From a virus (taxonomy: Duplodnaviria; Caudoviricetes): 64,000 nt of DNA. Location: IMG/VR virus record IMGVR_UViG_3300034062_006701; one strand, given 5' to 3'. The position numbers and the translations under genes were made by a program. Positions within the stretch are counted from its first letter, which is position 1. The number at the start of each line of letters is the position of its first letter. Below the pieces are notes generated by a model. The model had not been told where the DNA came from. It ran no database searches and saw only the letters and a program-made list of their open reading frames with translations. Below, piece after piece: positions 53,183 to 62,206 of the stretch.

Positions 53183-53345
53183 TTAGATCTTCTCCAGAGG
53201 CCTCCCAAAAGGGCATTCCAGTGATTTTATTAATCCTAATGATATCTGCATCTATGCACTCTTCTAAAAGATCCATAAGAGCTAGTGGATGCTGCATTAG
53301 GAGATATGCTGCCCTTTCAATAGGTGTTGTTGGTTCAATGTTCAT
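53175..53345 (-). CDS. Hypothetical small protein
   Basis: ORF track 53175..53372; likely start MNIEP. Confidence 0.45.
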   Translation of the reverse strand: MNIEPTTPIERAAYLLMQHPLALMDLLEECIDADIIRINKITGMPFWEASGEDLID

Positions 53346-53445
53346 ATTACTTTGAAAGTCTACCAAGTACAAAACCTATCGAATAAGTAAAGAAAGCTAA
53401 TAGTATAATTGCTATTCTAGGGTCTATTGTTATGTTCATATTATT

Positions 53446-53817
53446 TTAAAAACAAGCATCCAAATTGCTACTATCAGTAATTACTACTGGTTTTGGTTTG
53501 TCATATTTTTCCTTTACCTTCTCATAAGCTCTGTCATAGACATCACCAATTGGATCTTTTACAACATCTCCAGTTTCATCTCTCCCATGTCCAAGTTCCT
53601 CTAATAGATTATGAAACTCATCAATGATCATTTTGTTATAGTAAACTTCCCTTGCATAATACTCACCATATTTGCAATCATGGCCTAAAAGAGATTTCTC
53701 AATAGAACAGCATCCTTCCTCACCACAGCATCCACACTTCTTACAATAAGCACTATCAAAATAATCTCTTTTCCAATCTATAAATTTTTGCCAAAGATTT
53801 TTAAAATAATTTATCAT
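53446..53817 (-). CDS. Cys-rich hypothetical protein
   Basis: C..CGCCGEEGCC motif. Confidence 0.6.
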   Translation of the reverse strand: MINYFKNLWQKFIDWKRDYFDSAYCKKCGCCGEEGCCSIEKSLLGHDCKYGEYYAREVYYNKMIIDEFHNLLEELGHGRDETGDVVKDPIGDVYDRAYEKVKEKYDKPKPVVITDSSNLDACF

Positions 53818-53818
53818 A

Positions 53819-54166
53819 TTATTTCTTCCTTTCTCTATTATTAATAATCACATCACAGTCAATATCATAATCTTTATAATTCACAGGGTCTTTGATATAA
53901 TAAGCTCCTCCACAAGTTTGTGCAAGGAATAAGAAATTCCAATATACCTGAGTCTTTAGAGCATAAACAATAGATTCATTACCAGACCAGCCACCAGTAG
54001 CAATCTTTAGCCACCCATTCTGTCTATTCCACATCCCATATCCTTTTTGATATGCCTTTTCAGCAAAATTCAAACAGTTTACAAAGTCTTCCATAGGCCA
54101 TTTCTCAATAGCCTCAATAGTATCATCAGATGGATAACCATCAATATCAAAGGTTGGTTCTTTCAT
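53819..54166 (-). CDS. Conserved phage hypothetical protein
   Basis: DGYP...T...I..W and TGGWSGNE..V.AL motifs; own promoter. Confidence 0.7.
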   Translation of the reverse strand: MKEPTFDIDGYPSDDTIEAIEKWPMEDFVNCLNFAEKAYQKGYGMWNRQNGWLKIATGGWSGNESIVYALKTQVYWNFLFLAQTCGGAYYIKDPVNYKDYDIDCDVIINNRERKK

Positions 54167-54204
54167 TTTTATAGTCTATATGCTTTAGGAGGACTTGTCA
54201 AGAA

Positions 54205-54561
54205 TTAAATCCAAAAAGACCAAAAGCTATGCCATAACTTTGTGATCCAGTTAAACTTAACACCATCATAATATCTCACAATGAAACCATTAGGTGTATC
54301 ATATATCTTATAAAGAACAATGCCTTTGTTTTCAATAAGCCAAATAAGCATATCATTAAAACTCTGAAATTGTCTGCAACAAGCAACATGTACACTCTGT
54401 TTTGTAGATGGAAACTTACAAAACAGATTTATAGGACCACCATCCTTACAATGATAGCTATTTGTCTTCTTTACAAGAACATCAAATTCTGAGCTTGAAA
54501 TCTCTAGTCTGTCCAATCCTTTTGATGGATGACCATCAGTATTAATATACAGTTCAGTCAT
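54205..54561 (-). CDS. Hypothetical protein
   Basis: Own TTGACA..TAGAAT promoter. Confidence 0.6.
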   Translation of the reverse strand: MTELYINTDGHPSKGLDRLEISSSEFDVLVKKTNSYHCKDGGPINLFCKFPSTKQSVHVACCRQFQSFNDMLIWLIENKGIVLYKIYDTPNGFIVRYYDGVKFNWITKLWHSFWSFWI

Positions 54562-54579
54562 TTTTATATTCTATATGCT

Positions 54580-54828
54580 TTAGGAGGAGGTGTCAAATGA
54601 ATAATCTCTTTTGTTCCAAATAATCTCAAACAAAAGCCTCTTCCATCTGATTCCAAACTTTGAATAAGATGAGCAATTAAAAGTAGACAACCTGGGAAAC
54701 CTTGATTTATAAAGTTCAGCAGGGGTATCTGGAATACTCCAAAGACTAATAGTAATCTTATTGTTCAGCAGGTTAAAGCAGAAGTATTTCTTTGCTGGTA
54801 TAGCTGTGTTTGGTATAAAAATGCTCAT
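54580..54828 (-). CDS. Hypothetical protein; paralog of 42561..42833 (start MSIFIP)
   Basis: Shared PAK.YFC..FNCSSY..LFEI.WNK. Confidence 0.62.
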   Translation of the reverse strand: MSIFIPNTAIPAKKYFCFNLLNNKITISLWSIPDTPAELYKSRFPRLSTFNCSSYSKFGIRWKRLLFEIIWNKRDYSFDTSS

Positions 54829-54829
54829 A

Positions 54830-55495
54830 TTATTCTCCCCAAGTAATAGTAGCATTCTTTTCTGGCTTATCAACATAGAAGCCAACTACATCAAAGTTAC
54901 AGCCAATTCTATACTGTTCTCCTCTAGGAAGCTTTGGCAATGCTTTCTTACCCAACTTCCAAATGCTCTCATAATCTTCATTAGTAAAGAACTCAAAAGC
55001 CTTCTCTTGATACTTCTTAGGGAATGGAAAGAACTTCTCAGTACTAAAGTTCTTAATCACAGCATAAGGGACTTTAGAAGTAGGAACTACTCCAATGTTA
55101 CCATCAGCATCAACAGTCCATCCTTCCCTCCATCCATCAGTCCTCTTATAGTATTTGTACTGCTTAAAGGTTTTATAGAGCTCATAAGCTAAAGTAGCAT
55201 CTCCTACCTTCTCAGTATTATAAATGCCATAAGAAGCATTAGGACTAAGCTCAGGAAAAAGAATCTTTCTAGTAAAGTTCTCAATAGCCATTGCATCCTC
55301 ATAATCAATAGGAGTATCAAAAGCCTCATCAAGGGCATGTTTGATTTGACCAAGTTTTAATCGTTGGTATGTCTCGAGCGCCCGAACCACTACATCGAGG
55401 TGTTCCTCCTGGAGTTCAACAGTAACAGGCTGACGAACTTTCTTCTTATAATTCTTAGAGGCAGCTTTGAGAGTCTTTGCAGCTTTCTTATTCAT
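54830..55495 (-). CDS. Hypothetical protein
   Basis: 221-aa ORF with own promoter. Confidence 0.65.
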   Translation of the reverse strand: MNKKAAKTLKAASKNYKKKVRQPVTVELQEEHLDVVVRALETYQRLKLGQIKHALDEAFDTPIDYEDAMAIENFTRKILFPELSPNASYGIYNTEKVGDATLAYELYKTFKQYKYYKRTDGWREGWTVDADGNIGVVPTSKVPYAVIKNFSTEKFFPFPKKYQEKAFEFFTNEDYESIWKLGKKALPKLPRGEQYRIGCNFDVVGFYVDKPEKNATITWGE

Positions 55496-55593
55496 ACACC
55501 TATAATAGATGAACTGTGCTGGACAGTCAAGAAAAAACTCCTAGGTGTTGTGTTTTCTGCAATGAATAACAACTACCTCCACAGAAAGCTCAT

Positions 55594-56496
55594 GTGGAAA
55601 TAACACCTAGGAGCATAAGTACTTATGCAATGAATAACACTACTCAACAACTATCTATTGTAATAACCAGCTGTTCATGTTGTAATAAGGAATTTTCCTT
55701 TTATCCACCTTCTCGAAATAGAAAATACTGTTCAAGAAAATGCTCTAGAGTACATCATGCTAGCAAATTGCCTTCGTTATTGATTACCATCAATTGTAAA
55801 ATTTGTAACAAGGAGTTCAAATCACATTCAAAGAAAAAAAGAAAATACTGTTCGAGGGAGTGTTATACCAAAAGCATGGTTAAACCTGGAACTGCAGAAA
55901 GAAAGATACAGTATAGACTTGAACATAGAGAACAACATAGAATATACAGCAGGGAACATTATTTAAAGAATAAAGAAAAGAGAAAGAAACAAGATCAAGA
56001 AAGAAGGAAGGACCCAGAGCATAAAAAAAGAAGAGCTGAGTATATGGCAAACAGGTATAAGAATCCTATTAACAGAGAAAAGAGAAAAGCATACTATAAA
56101 GTTTATAATAAGAAAAATAAAGAGCATAATCTTAAATTAACAAGAGCTAGATATTACAAATACATTAAAGATCCTAAGCAGAAACTAAAGTTTAAATTAA
56201 GAAATAGGTTGTATATTGCTCTAAAAGCTAAAAATGCTGAAAAGCAATTAAGTGCTATAGCTCTTATTGGATGCTCTATAGAAGAGCTTAAAAAGCATAT
56301 AGAATCTCAATGGCTAGAAGGAATGACATGGGAGAATCATACTGTAAATGGTTGGCATATAGATCATATAATGCCATGTAATACATTTGACCTAACCAAT
56401 ATCGAAGAACAGAAGAAGTGCTTTCATTACACTAATCTAAGACCTCTTTGGGGACCTGATAATATCTCTAGGCCTCATGATGGCAGTGATCTTTAG
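55594..56496 (+). CDS. Free-standing HNH homing endonuclease with N-terminal Zn motifs; paralog of 24573..25268
   Basis: C..CNKEF......RKYCSR.C twice; GWHIDHIMPCNTFDL...CFHYTNLRPLW..DN.SRP.DGSDL. Confidence 0.9.
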   Translation: MEITPRSISTYAMNNTTQQLSIVITSCSCCNKEFSFYPPSRNRKYCSRKCSRVHHASKLPSLLITINCKICNKEFKSHSKKKRKYCSRECYTKSMVKPGTAERKIQYRLEHREQHRIYSREHYLKNKEKRKKQDQERRKDPEHKKRRAEYMANRYKNPINREKRKAYYKVYNKKNKEHNLKLTRARYYKYIKDPKQKLKFKLRNRLYIALKAKNAEKQLSAIALIGCSIEELKKHIESQWLEGMTWENHTVNGWHIDHIMPCNTFDLTNIEEQKKCFHYTNLRPLWGPDNISRPHDGSDL

Positions 56497-56512
56497 GACA
56501 CTTCAAGCCTTA

Positions 56513-56851
56513 TTAGCTTTCACCTAAAGTATTCTTCAATCTAAGAACAAAATCCTTTATGTTTAACATCTGATAATCATCATAAGTCATATAGCTGTCT
56601 CCAAATTCATCAACTCTAATAACAGCTAAAATATGCTTTTTACCATTTGTTGTTACAAATTCTTCAATTACAAATTCCTCATCATTAATCTCGAAAGAAT
56701 ATTCTACAGAGTGTTTAATAGCTCCTTTTGTATAATTTTTATCATTCTTCTCATACTTTACCCCATTCCTATCAAGTAAAGATAATACCATCTGTACAAT
56801 ATTGCCTTCAACATTCTCCATAATATTTTCAACCAGTTTATCGAATTTCAT
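56513..56851 (-). CDS. Late MKFDKLVE-family protein
   Basis: MKFDKLVENIMEN; TAAATA upstream. Confidence 0.7.
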   Translation of the reverse strand: MKFDKLVENIMENVEGNIVQMVLSLLDRNGVKYEKNDKNYTKGAIKHSVEYSFEINDEEFVIEEFVTTNGKKHILAVIRVDEFGDSYMTYDDYQMLNIKDFVLRLKNTLGES

Positions 56852-56876
56852 ATTATTATTTAATATATATTAACTC

Positions 56877-57158
56877 TTAAATTGAATTCAAAATCTCATC
56901 AAGTTCAGCTTCCATATCCTCCTCATACCCTTCATACTTTATACTGTTGATTGTGATAGGTGCATCATAAACACAATCCTTAACAGCCTCTCTACAAGCC
57001 CTAAAGATATGCTTATTAAGTGCTGAACCCTTCAGATCATCTTCGACATTAATAATTGTATCGAAGTCAATAATCATCCTCCCCCTTACTTCAATATCTT
57101 TCATATAATTCTTTGCAGCCTTCTTCAGATTCTTTCTAGCTTGTGCTTTAGTAGTCAT
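56877..57158 (-). CDS. Hypothetical protein
   Basis: Own promoter; N-terminus resembles 54830 (K...K.LK.A.KNY). Confidence 0.6.
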   Translation of the reverse strand: MTTKAQARKNLKKAAKNYMKDIEVRGRMIIDFDTIINVEDDLKGSALNKHIFRACREAVKDCVYDAPITINSIKYEGYEEDMEAELDEILNSI

Positions 57159-57192
57159 TATGCTTTTATAATATAGAAATTTTTAGGACTTT

Positions 57193-57498
57193 TCAAGCTT
57201 CTTCTTTTGGAACAGGTGTAATTTCACTCTGAACAATCTCTGGAAACTTTGTAGTAAGCTTTGGGATTACTGCCTTTGGTATAGATGTATGCTTTGCAAT
57301 TATATCTTCAAGCATTTTAACTCTATCCTTTAGTTCATTTCTTTCTTTTCTTACTCTATATAAATTAGTAGCAAACCCCTCACATCTTTCTTCTAAGTGT
57401 TTTACATAAATCATTACCTTTGTCTCAACATCCTTAGCAATGTTTTCTTGAACAGCTAAATGTAAACACTTCAAAGCCTTTAACATTTCTTCATTCAT
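57193..57498 (-). CDS. Hypothetical protein (start MNEEML)
   Basis: ORF track 57193..57561. Confidence 0.55.
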   Translation of the reverse strand: MNEEMLKALKCLHLAVQENIAKDVETKVMIYVKHLEERCEGFATNLYRVRKERNELKDRVKMLEDIIAKHTSIPKAVIPKLTTKFPEIVQSEITPVPKEEA

Positions 57499-57499
57499 A

Positions 57500-57766
57500 T
57501 TATCCAGCATTAAAGGATGATAGGACCAGACCAACTTCCTGACTTTCATCAGCTTTTCCAAGATATTTTACATATACATTATCAGGTGATGATGCCCAGG
57601 AGCCATAATTATTATTCCACCTATGTTCAGTCATAAAGGTACCCCACATAGTACTTGGATCAATCCTTTTAGCTGTCTCTTCATCTGGTGCTACAACAAC
57701 CATAGAGTCATAGGTGTCATAACCTTTGCTCTCTTCTTGATAAACAAGATAAATGTTATTCTTCAT
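57500..57766 (-). CDS. Conserved phage hypothetical protein
   Basis: YDTYDS.VV.A.DEE.AK...P and V..SFNAG motifs. Confidence 0.72.
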   Translation of the reverse strand: MKNNIYLVYQEESKGYDTYDSMVVVAPDEETAKRIDPSTMWGTFMTEHRWNNNYGSWASSPDNVYVKYLGKADESQEVGLVLSSFNAG

Positions 57767-57787
57767 GTCTTTATACTATAGGAATTT

Positions 57788-58063
57788 TTAGGACACTTCA
57801 AGCTTCTTCTTCAGCTCATCCCTCTCCTTAAGATACTTCAAACAGATTTGTGGAACAAACCTACCAAGATCCTCTACTTCAGCATTATGGTTAATATAAT
57901 CAGAGACTTCATTCCACTGATTCATAACCTTTAGAGCTTCTTCTTTCCATTTTTGTAATGCATTTATCTCCCTCTCTAGCTCTCTAGCAAAATCTGCTTC
58001 TACAAAGCCTTCTTGTTCAAGGATGTTAATATCCTCTGCATCTGTTCTTGGTGTATCACTCAT
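57788..58063 (-). CDS. Hypothetical coiled-coil protein
   Basis: MSDTPRTDA..V.ADFARELERE motif. Confidence 0.65.
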   Translation of the reverse strand: MSDTPRTDAEDINILEQEGFVEADFARELEREINALQKWKEEALKVMNQWNEVSDYINHNAEVEDLGRFVPQICLKYLKERDELKKKLEVS

Positions 58064-58455
58064 TGTTTAAAAACCTCAATATCCTTGTTAAACCTTACAA
58101 ATGCTTCAAGGTAATTTGTCAACCTTTCTCTTAACTGCTTATTAATATCCCTTAGGTCATTAATCTCCCTCTCATCCTCTTGAGTTTTGACCCACAGAGC
58201 ATCTCTCTCCAGCTTTACTTCTTCTAGCTCTTCAGCAGCATCCCTCAACTGATTGATTTCCCTCTCGTCCTCTTGAGTTTTGACCCACAGAGCATCTCTT
58301 TCTAGTTTAAGCTCTTCTAGCTTCTTTGTAAGATATTTTTCAAGGTCCCATGCTTTATGTTCCAGCATATCTCTTTCGAGCTTAACTGTCTCAAGCTTTT
58401 CTTCGAGCCATACAAACCTAGACTCTGGGTCATTATGATTATAAGGACAATTCAT
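58060..58455 (-). CDS. Coiled-coil protein with internal 31-aa duplication
   Basis: LEE.KLERDALWVKTQEDEREIN occurs twice. Confidence 0.7.
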   Translation of the reverse strand: MNCPYNHNDPESRFVWLEEKLETVKLERDMLEHKAWDLEKYLTKKLEELKLERDALWVKTQEDEREINQLRDAAEELEEVKLERDALWVKTQEDEREINDLRDINKQLRERLTNYLEAFVRFNKDIEVFKQ

Positions 58456-58456
58456 A

Positions 58457-58714
58457 TTAAAAAGGTGGTTGGTTGTTTTTGTACTTCATTCTCCAGTACC
58501 AATAAGGAAATGGTGTACTATACCAAAGACTAATCCACATCCTCCTAAAGCTCTTATGCCATCTCTCTTCTTTAGCAAAATGCATTCCACACTCAGTATG
58601 CCAACAGGCAAGATGGTGTAAAGCCTTCTTGGGATCTTTTGCCCACTCTTCTGTATAGATACCAGTAGTCATCAGCTCTTCAATAATTGCCTCTTTCCAG
58701 ATGTTCTTAGCCAT
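58457..58714 (-). CDS. Hypothetical Trp-rich protein
   Basis: 85-aa ORF. Confidence 0.55.
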   Translation of the reverse strand: MAKNIWKEAIIEELMTTGIYTEEWAKDPKKALHHLACWHTECGMHFAKEERWHKSFRRMWISLWYSTPFPYWYWRMKYKNNQPPF

Positions 58715-58726
58715 ATATAAAGGAGT

Positions 58727-59119
58727 TTACTTCTTCCTATTAGCTTCAAGGATAGGAAGGTTAGCTTCTGTAGGAATATAGATTACCTGATTCTTTGTGT
58801 TCTCTAGATTATTAACAAAGAGGTAGCGAAGATATTCCTCATTGTTCTTCAGAGACTCACCAATGATCTTGTTAGCCTCTGCAACTCCCCTCGCCCTTTC
58901 AATCTCTGCCTTTGCTAGCAAAGATGCACTCTCCATCTTAGCCTTTGCCTCAGCTACAGCTACCTCTCGAGAGGATTGAGCATGTGCAAGGATTGCCTCT
59001 CCTTCCATCTTCTTTGAATATACATCATACTTTAGACATCCCCACATTCCAAGGGTAATAACTCCAATGAAGAGAATTGCTACAAGTGTTGTTACTGATA
59101 CTGCTGTTGTTGTTTTCAT
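58727..59119 (-). CDS. Membrane protein, SPFH/band-7-like coiled coil
   Basis: N-terminal transmembrane segment; AEAKAK..A...AEIERARGVAEAN.II..SL...YLRY; IYIPTEANLPILEA. Confidence 0.72.
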   Translation of the reverse strand: MKTTTAVSVTTLVAILFIGVITLGMWGCLKYDVYSKKMEGEAILAHAQSSREVAVAEAKAKMESASLLAKAEIERARGVAEANKIIGESLKNNEEYLRYLFVNNLENTKNQVIYIPTEANLPILEANRKK

Positions 59120-59142
59120 ATTTTTATAGTCTATAGAGATTT

Positions 59143-59493
59143 TTAGGACACTTCAAGCTTTTTCTTATCATAGAGTTCAGCATACTCTTGGACAAAGTAG
59201 AATTCAAGCACAACTGCAACAGCTGTCCAAATCCATCCAAACCAAATTAGAGTACAAAAGAATCCAACTGTCACTGGAATTGAAACCCAAAGTGATGTAC
59301 TTGGTCTTGACATTTTTACACTCTCAATCTTTTTAATCGAATTAAGAGCATATACATTAAAAGAAATAATCCATACCCCCAGCCAATTAAATCCAACATA
59401 GATGTATTGTGCTGTCTTATTACCTTCAATGCCCTTCCAAAGAAGAAGAGCTAAAAAGAAATTAAAAAGTAGATAACTAATATTTTTATTCAT
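59143..59493 (-). CDS. Multi-pass membrane protein
   Basis: Three to four hydrophobic segments; own promoter. Confidence 0.65.
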   Translation of the reverse strand: MNKNISYLLFNFFLALLLWKGIEGNKTAQYIYVGFNWLGVWIISFNVYALNSIKKIESVKMSRPSTSLWVSIPVTVGFFCTLIWFGWIWTAVAVVLEFYFVQEYAELYDKKKLEVS

Positions 59494-59532
59494 ATTTTTA
59501 TATACTATAGGGATTCTTAGGACACTTCAAGT

Positions 59533-59955
59533 TTAAACTTTGATTTTATCCATTCTATCTGCAACAACATTATTTGTTCCTGAGAATCCATGATCAACAA
59601 GTAAACAGGGAATATCATTCATTATACAAGCTGTACAGACTTCTACCTGGTCATCAACCATCAAAGTACAATTGAGCTTCTTTAGAATAGGAATCTTTGA
59701 TCTTCCTGATGTACTATGAATACCCTTAATAGGTAGATTGTGCTTCTTTACAAACTCTTCTACTTCTGGGATATCTTCTTCCTTTCTAAAGGTTACAATA
59801 TGACAATCAAATCCTTCTTCATCCTTCTCTAGGACCATATCAATAATCTTTTGAATAGGCTTTAGAACACCTGTACCTACAGCAATCCATCCTCCTGACA
59901 CTTCTTCAATGGCTAAAGTATAGTCGAAGTCAAATGCTATAACTGGCCTGTTCAT
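59533..59955 (-). CDS. HAD-superfamily hydrolase
   Basis: IAFDFDYTL (DxDxT), IVTFR, K..IL, MVDD. Confidence 0.8.
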   Translation of the reverse strand: MNRPVIAFDFDYTLAIEEVSGGWIAVGTGVLKPIQKIIDMVLEKDEEGFDCHIVTFRKEEDIPEVEEFVKKHNLPIKGIHSTSGRSKIPILKKLNCTLMVDDQVEVCTACIMNDIPCLLVDHGFSGTNNVVADRMDKIKV

Positions 59956-59992
59956 CTGCTTATAATAGAGATCCTTAAATGACTAGTCAAGC

Positions 59993-60352
59993 TTATTCGC
60001 CATTACCTAAAAGCTTTTTAAAGAGATTATAACATGAGATATAATAATCACACATTATAGGGTCTCTTGAATCCATAGCATTATTGTACTCCAGAGTATT
60101 CTCTTTGATATCTTCTTCTAAGCTCTTCTTAAAATCTGGATTCAGTTTAGATTGAATAAGATCTAAAATAGGCTCCATGTCTTTATCAGACAAATGCAAA
60201 TTAATTTCAGATCCATCATATTTTGATCCATAGTTAAAATTCATCTTAACTTCTACAGGAGGATGCTTAAACCTAGTATCAAAAGGCTCACCTGAAAAAT
60301 CTGAGAAGTAAATTGCTTCCTCGATCTGTTTTGGCTTTAGTATCTTCTTCAT
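59993..60352 (-). CDS. Hypothetical protein
   Basis: 119-aa ORF. Confidence 0.6.
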   Translation of the reverse strand: MKKILKPKQIEEAIYFSDFSGEPFDTRFKHPPVEVKMNFNYGSKYDGSEINLHLSDKDMEPILDLIQSKLNPDFKKSLEEDIKENTLEYNNAMDSRDPIMCDYYISCYNLFKKLLGNGE

Positions 60353-60546
60353 AAAATTTTTAATACTTTAATAAGACCAACCTCATCACCTATTTCATTA
60401 GAATGTAAAATTAAATTAGGAGATCCATCTTCACATACTTTCTTTTCTAAAATGTCTTTGTAGAACCATATAATCTCATCCGAATTATTCTCATGCATAA
60501 TATAATCATCATAAGTTAATTCTACTTCCATTCTAATAGTTTTCAC
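60349..60546 (-). CDS. Hypothetical small protein
   Basis: Operon packing. Confidence 0.5.
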   Translation of the reverse strand: MKTIRMEVELTYDDYIMHENNSDEIIWFYKDILEKKVCEDGSPNLILHSNEIGDEVGLIKVLKIL

Positions 60547-61436
60547 GATTTGTTTAGTTTGTTATAGACATCATCATATGCTCCAAGATTATAGAGATAT
60601 TTCTTCTTTTGTTCTTCCTTATTCTTCTTCTCTTGTTCAACGAACTTTCTTTCTGATTCTTTATAAAAGCTCTCAAGTCCTGTGTCAATGATATTATATG
60701 TACCATCTTCTAGGATTTCAAGCACCTGAGACAACCCACAATCAATATCAATACAAAGACCTTTGTTTGCAGTCTCTTCAACATCGATTGATTTTACAGG
60801 AGTATGCCCAGAAACTTGCTTAATACCAGACTCATCATTCCAATAAGAACCAGTATAGGATTCCCTTATAGCATCTCGCCAGATCAATCCTCCCACACGA
60901 TGAATACCACCTCTACACCTTCCAGCAGCACCAAGCTCATTGCTGAACTCTCTATCCTCGATAGCTTTTTGAATTTTCTTAAGCTTTATCTCAATGATCT
61001 CATCATCCATCCCATAAGGAGGGCTAGAGAACCAAAAAGGATGGAACCCAGCATGAGAGAACCAAAAGCCATTCTGCTTATGGGCAAGCCTAACCCTATT
61101 CCAATCCTCATTAGACATGATCCTATTAATAGCATCATCCTTAGCTGGTGAATAACCTGAGCAATTATAGATCTGATCTCCAAGACTAGAACCAGGTCTT
61201 AGGTTAAAGCTCGCATAATTTATGTCATGGTTGCCCATTAAGTGAACTCGATTAGACTTAGATAAAGACTCTTTAAGCCAACGAGCTGTTTGTTCAGCCT
61301 CTATAGCAGAATCACCAAAGTCGTCGTAGTAGTCGCCAGTGAACACAATAGTATGTGTTGCATCGTATTTTGATGCAATAGCCTCAGCCTCAACCCAGTG
61401 GTTGTGCACGTCACCCACGCATAGTAATTTAGCCAT
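60543..61436 (-). CDS. Metallophosphoesterase (Ser/Thr phosphatase-like)
   Basis: VGDVHN, TGDYYD, MGNHD, FSHAG, QVSGHTP, IDIDC. Confidence 0.85.
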   Translation of the reverse strand: MAKLLCVGDVHNHWVEAEAIASKYDATHTIVFTGDYYDDFGDSAIEAEQTARWLKESLSKSNRVHLMGNHDINYASFNLRPGSSLGDQIYNCSGYSPAKDDAINRIMSNEDWNRVRLAHKQNGFWFSHAGFHPFWFSSPPYGMDDEIIEIKLKKIQKAIEDREFSNELGAAGRCRGGIHRVGGLIWRDAIRESYTGSYWNDESGIKQVSGHTPVKSIDVEETANKGLCIDIDCGLSQVLEILEDGTYNIIDTGLESFYKESERKFVEQEKKNKEEQKKKYLYNLGAYDDVYNKLNKS

Positions 61437-61573
61437 ACACCTATAGTATATTCAGTCTAAGGAAAGGTCAATGAAAAAAGTAAATAACAACTTCAATTAA
61501 GCCATACCAGATTACCCCACCGAGTACCATAGCACAAAGCCAGGCAAACAAAGGATTAATATCACCTCTCATG

Positions 61574-62206
61574 TTAGGCAAGGTTACGAATAACCCAGAG
61601 CTGAAGCTTCAATGTTTTCTGAGCAACCCAATAAAGGCTTCTTGAAACATAGTTACTCCAAAACTTTGTCCAATAACCAAAGGTAATCTTATTCAGAATC
61701 TTCTTAGTCTTGGTCCAGGGATGGGATTCATAAGCATCAAGCTGATCTTTCCATTGCTTTTCCCTTGCTGCATTCTCTTCAGCTGTACTAGAGATCTCAC
61801 CCTTTACAAGTTCAATACTTTCAAGTTTTCCAGCATTAAAGATAGCATCAAACTCAATGTCCCAGGTATTACCTTCTTTATCTTCCTTATAATGGTAGAA
61901 GTTAATAGTGCCATGATGAGGTATTTTTACAGTTTTACGACCTGACTCAACAAATTTATAAGGCCATACCCATCTCTTCTTCTTTCGGGCCTTCTTTTCT
62001 TCTGCCTCAGTCATTGTCCTGACCATCTCTCCATCAACCTTATCCCAATAAAGACCAGTGCCCTTAATGGTGTAGGTGGTCATTGTGTTGTCTAGATCCT
62101 TTGTCTGAAAGTCTTCCTGAGACCAATCAGTATCAGGAAAAGCCTTTTTAAGTTCCTTTGAGAGAGGAAGCTTGCGCTTGACGATTAAATTATCAAACAT
62201 CCCCAT
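61574..62206 (-). CDS. Conserved phage hypothetical protein (start MGMFDNL)
   Basis: MGMFD.......LP...FQTKDLD..M..Y.I pattern. Confidence 0.68.
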   Translation of the reverse strand: MGMFDNLIVKRKLPLSKELKKAFPDTDWSQEDFQTKDLDNTMTTYTIKGTGLYWDKVDGEMVRTMTEAEEKKARKKKRWVWPYKFVESGRKTVKIPHHGTINFYHYKEDKEGNTWDIEFDAIFNAGKLESIELVKGEISSTAEENAAREKQWKDQLDAYESHPWTKTKKILNKITFGYWTKFWSNYVSRSLYWVAQKTLKLQLWVIRNLA

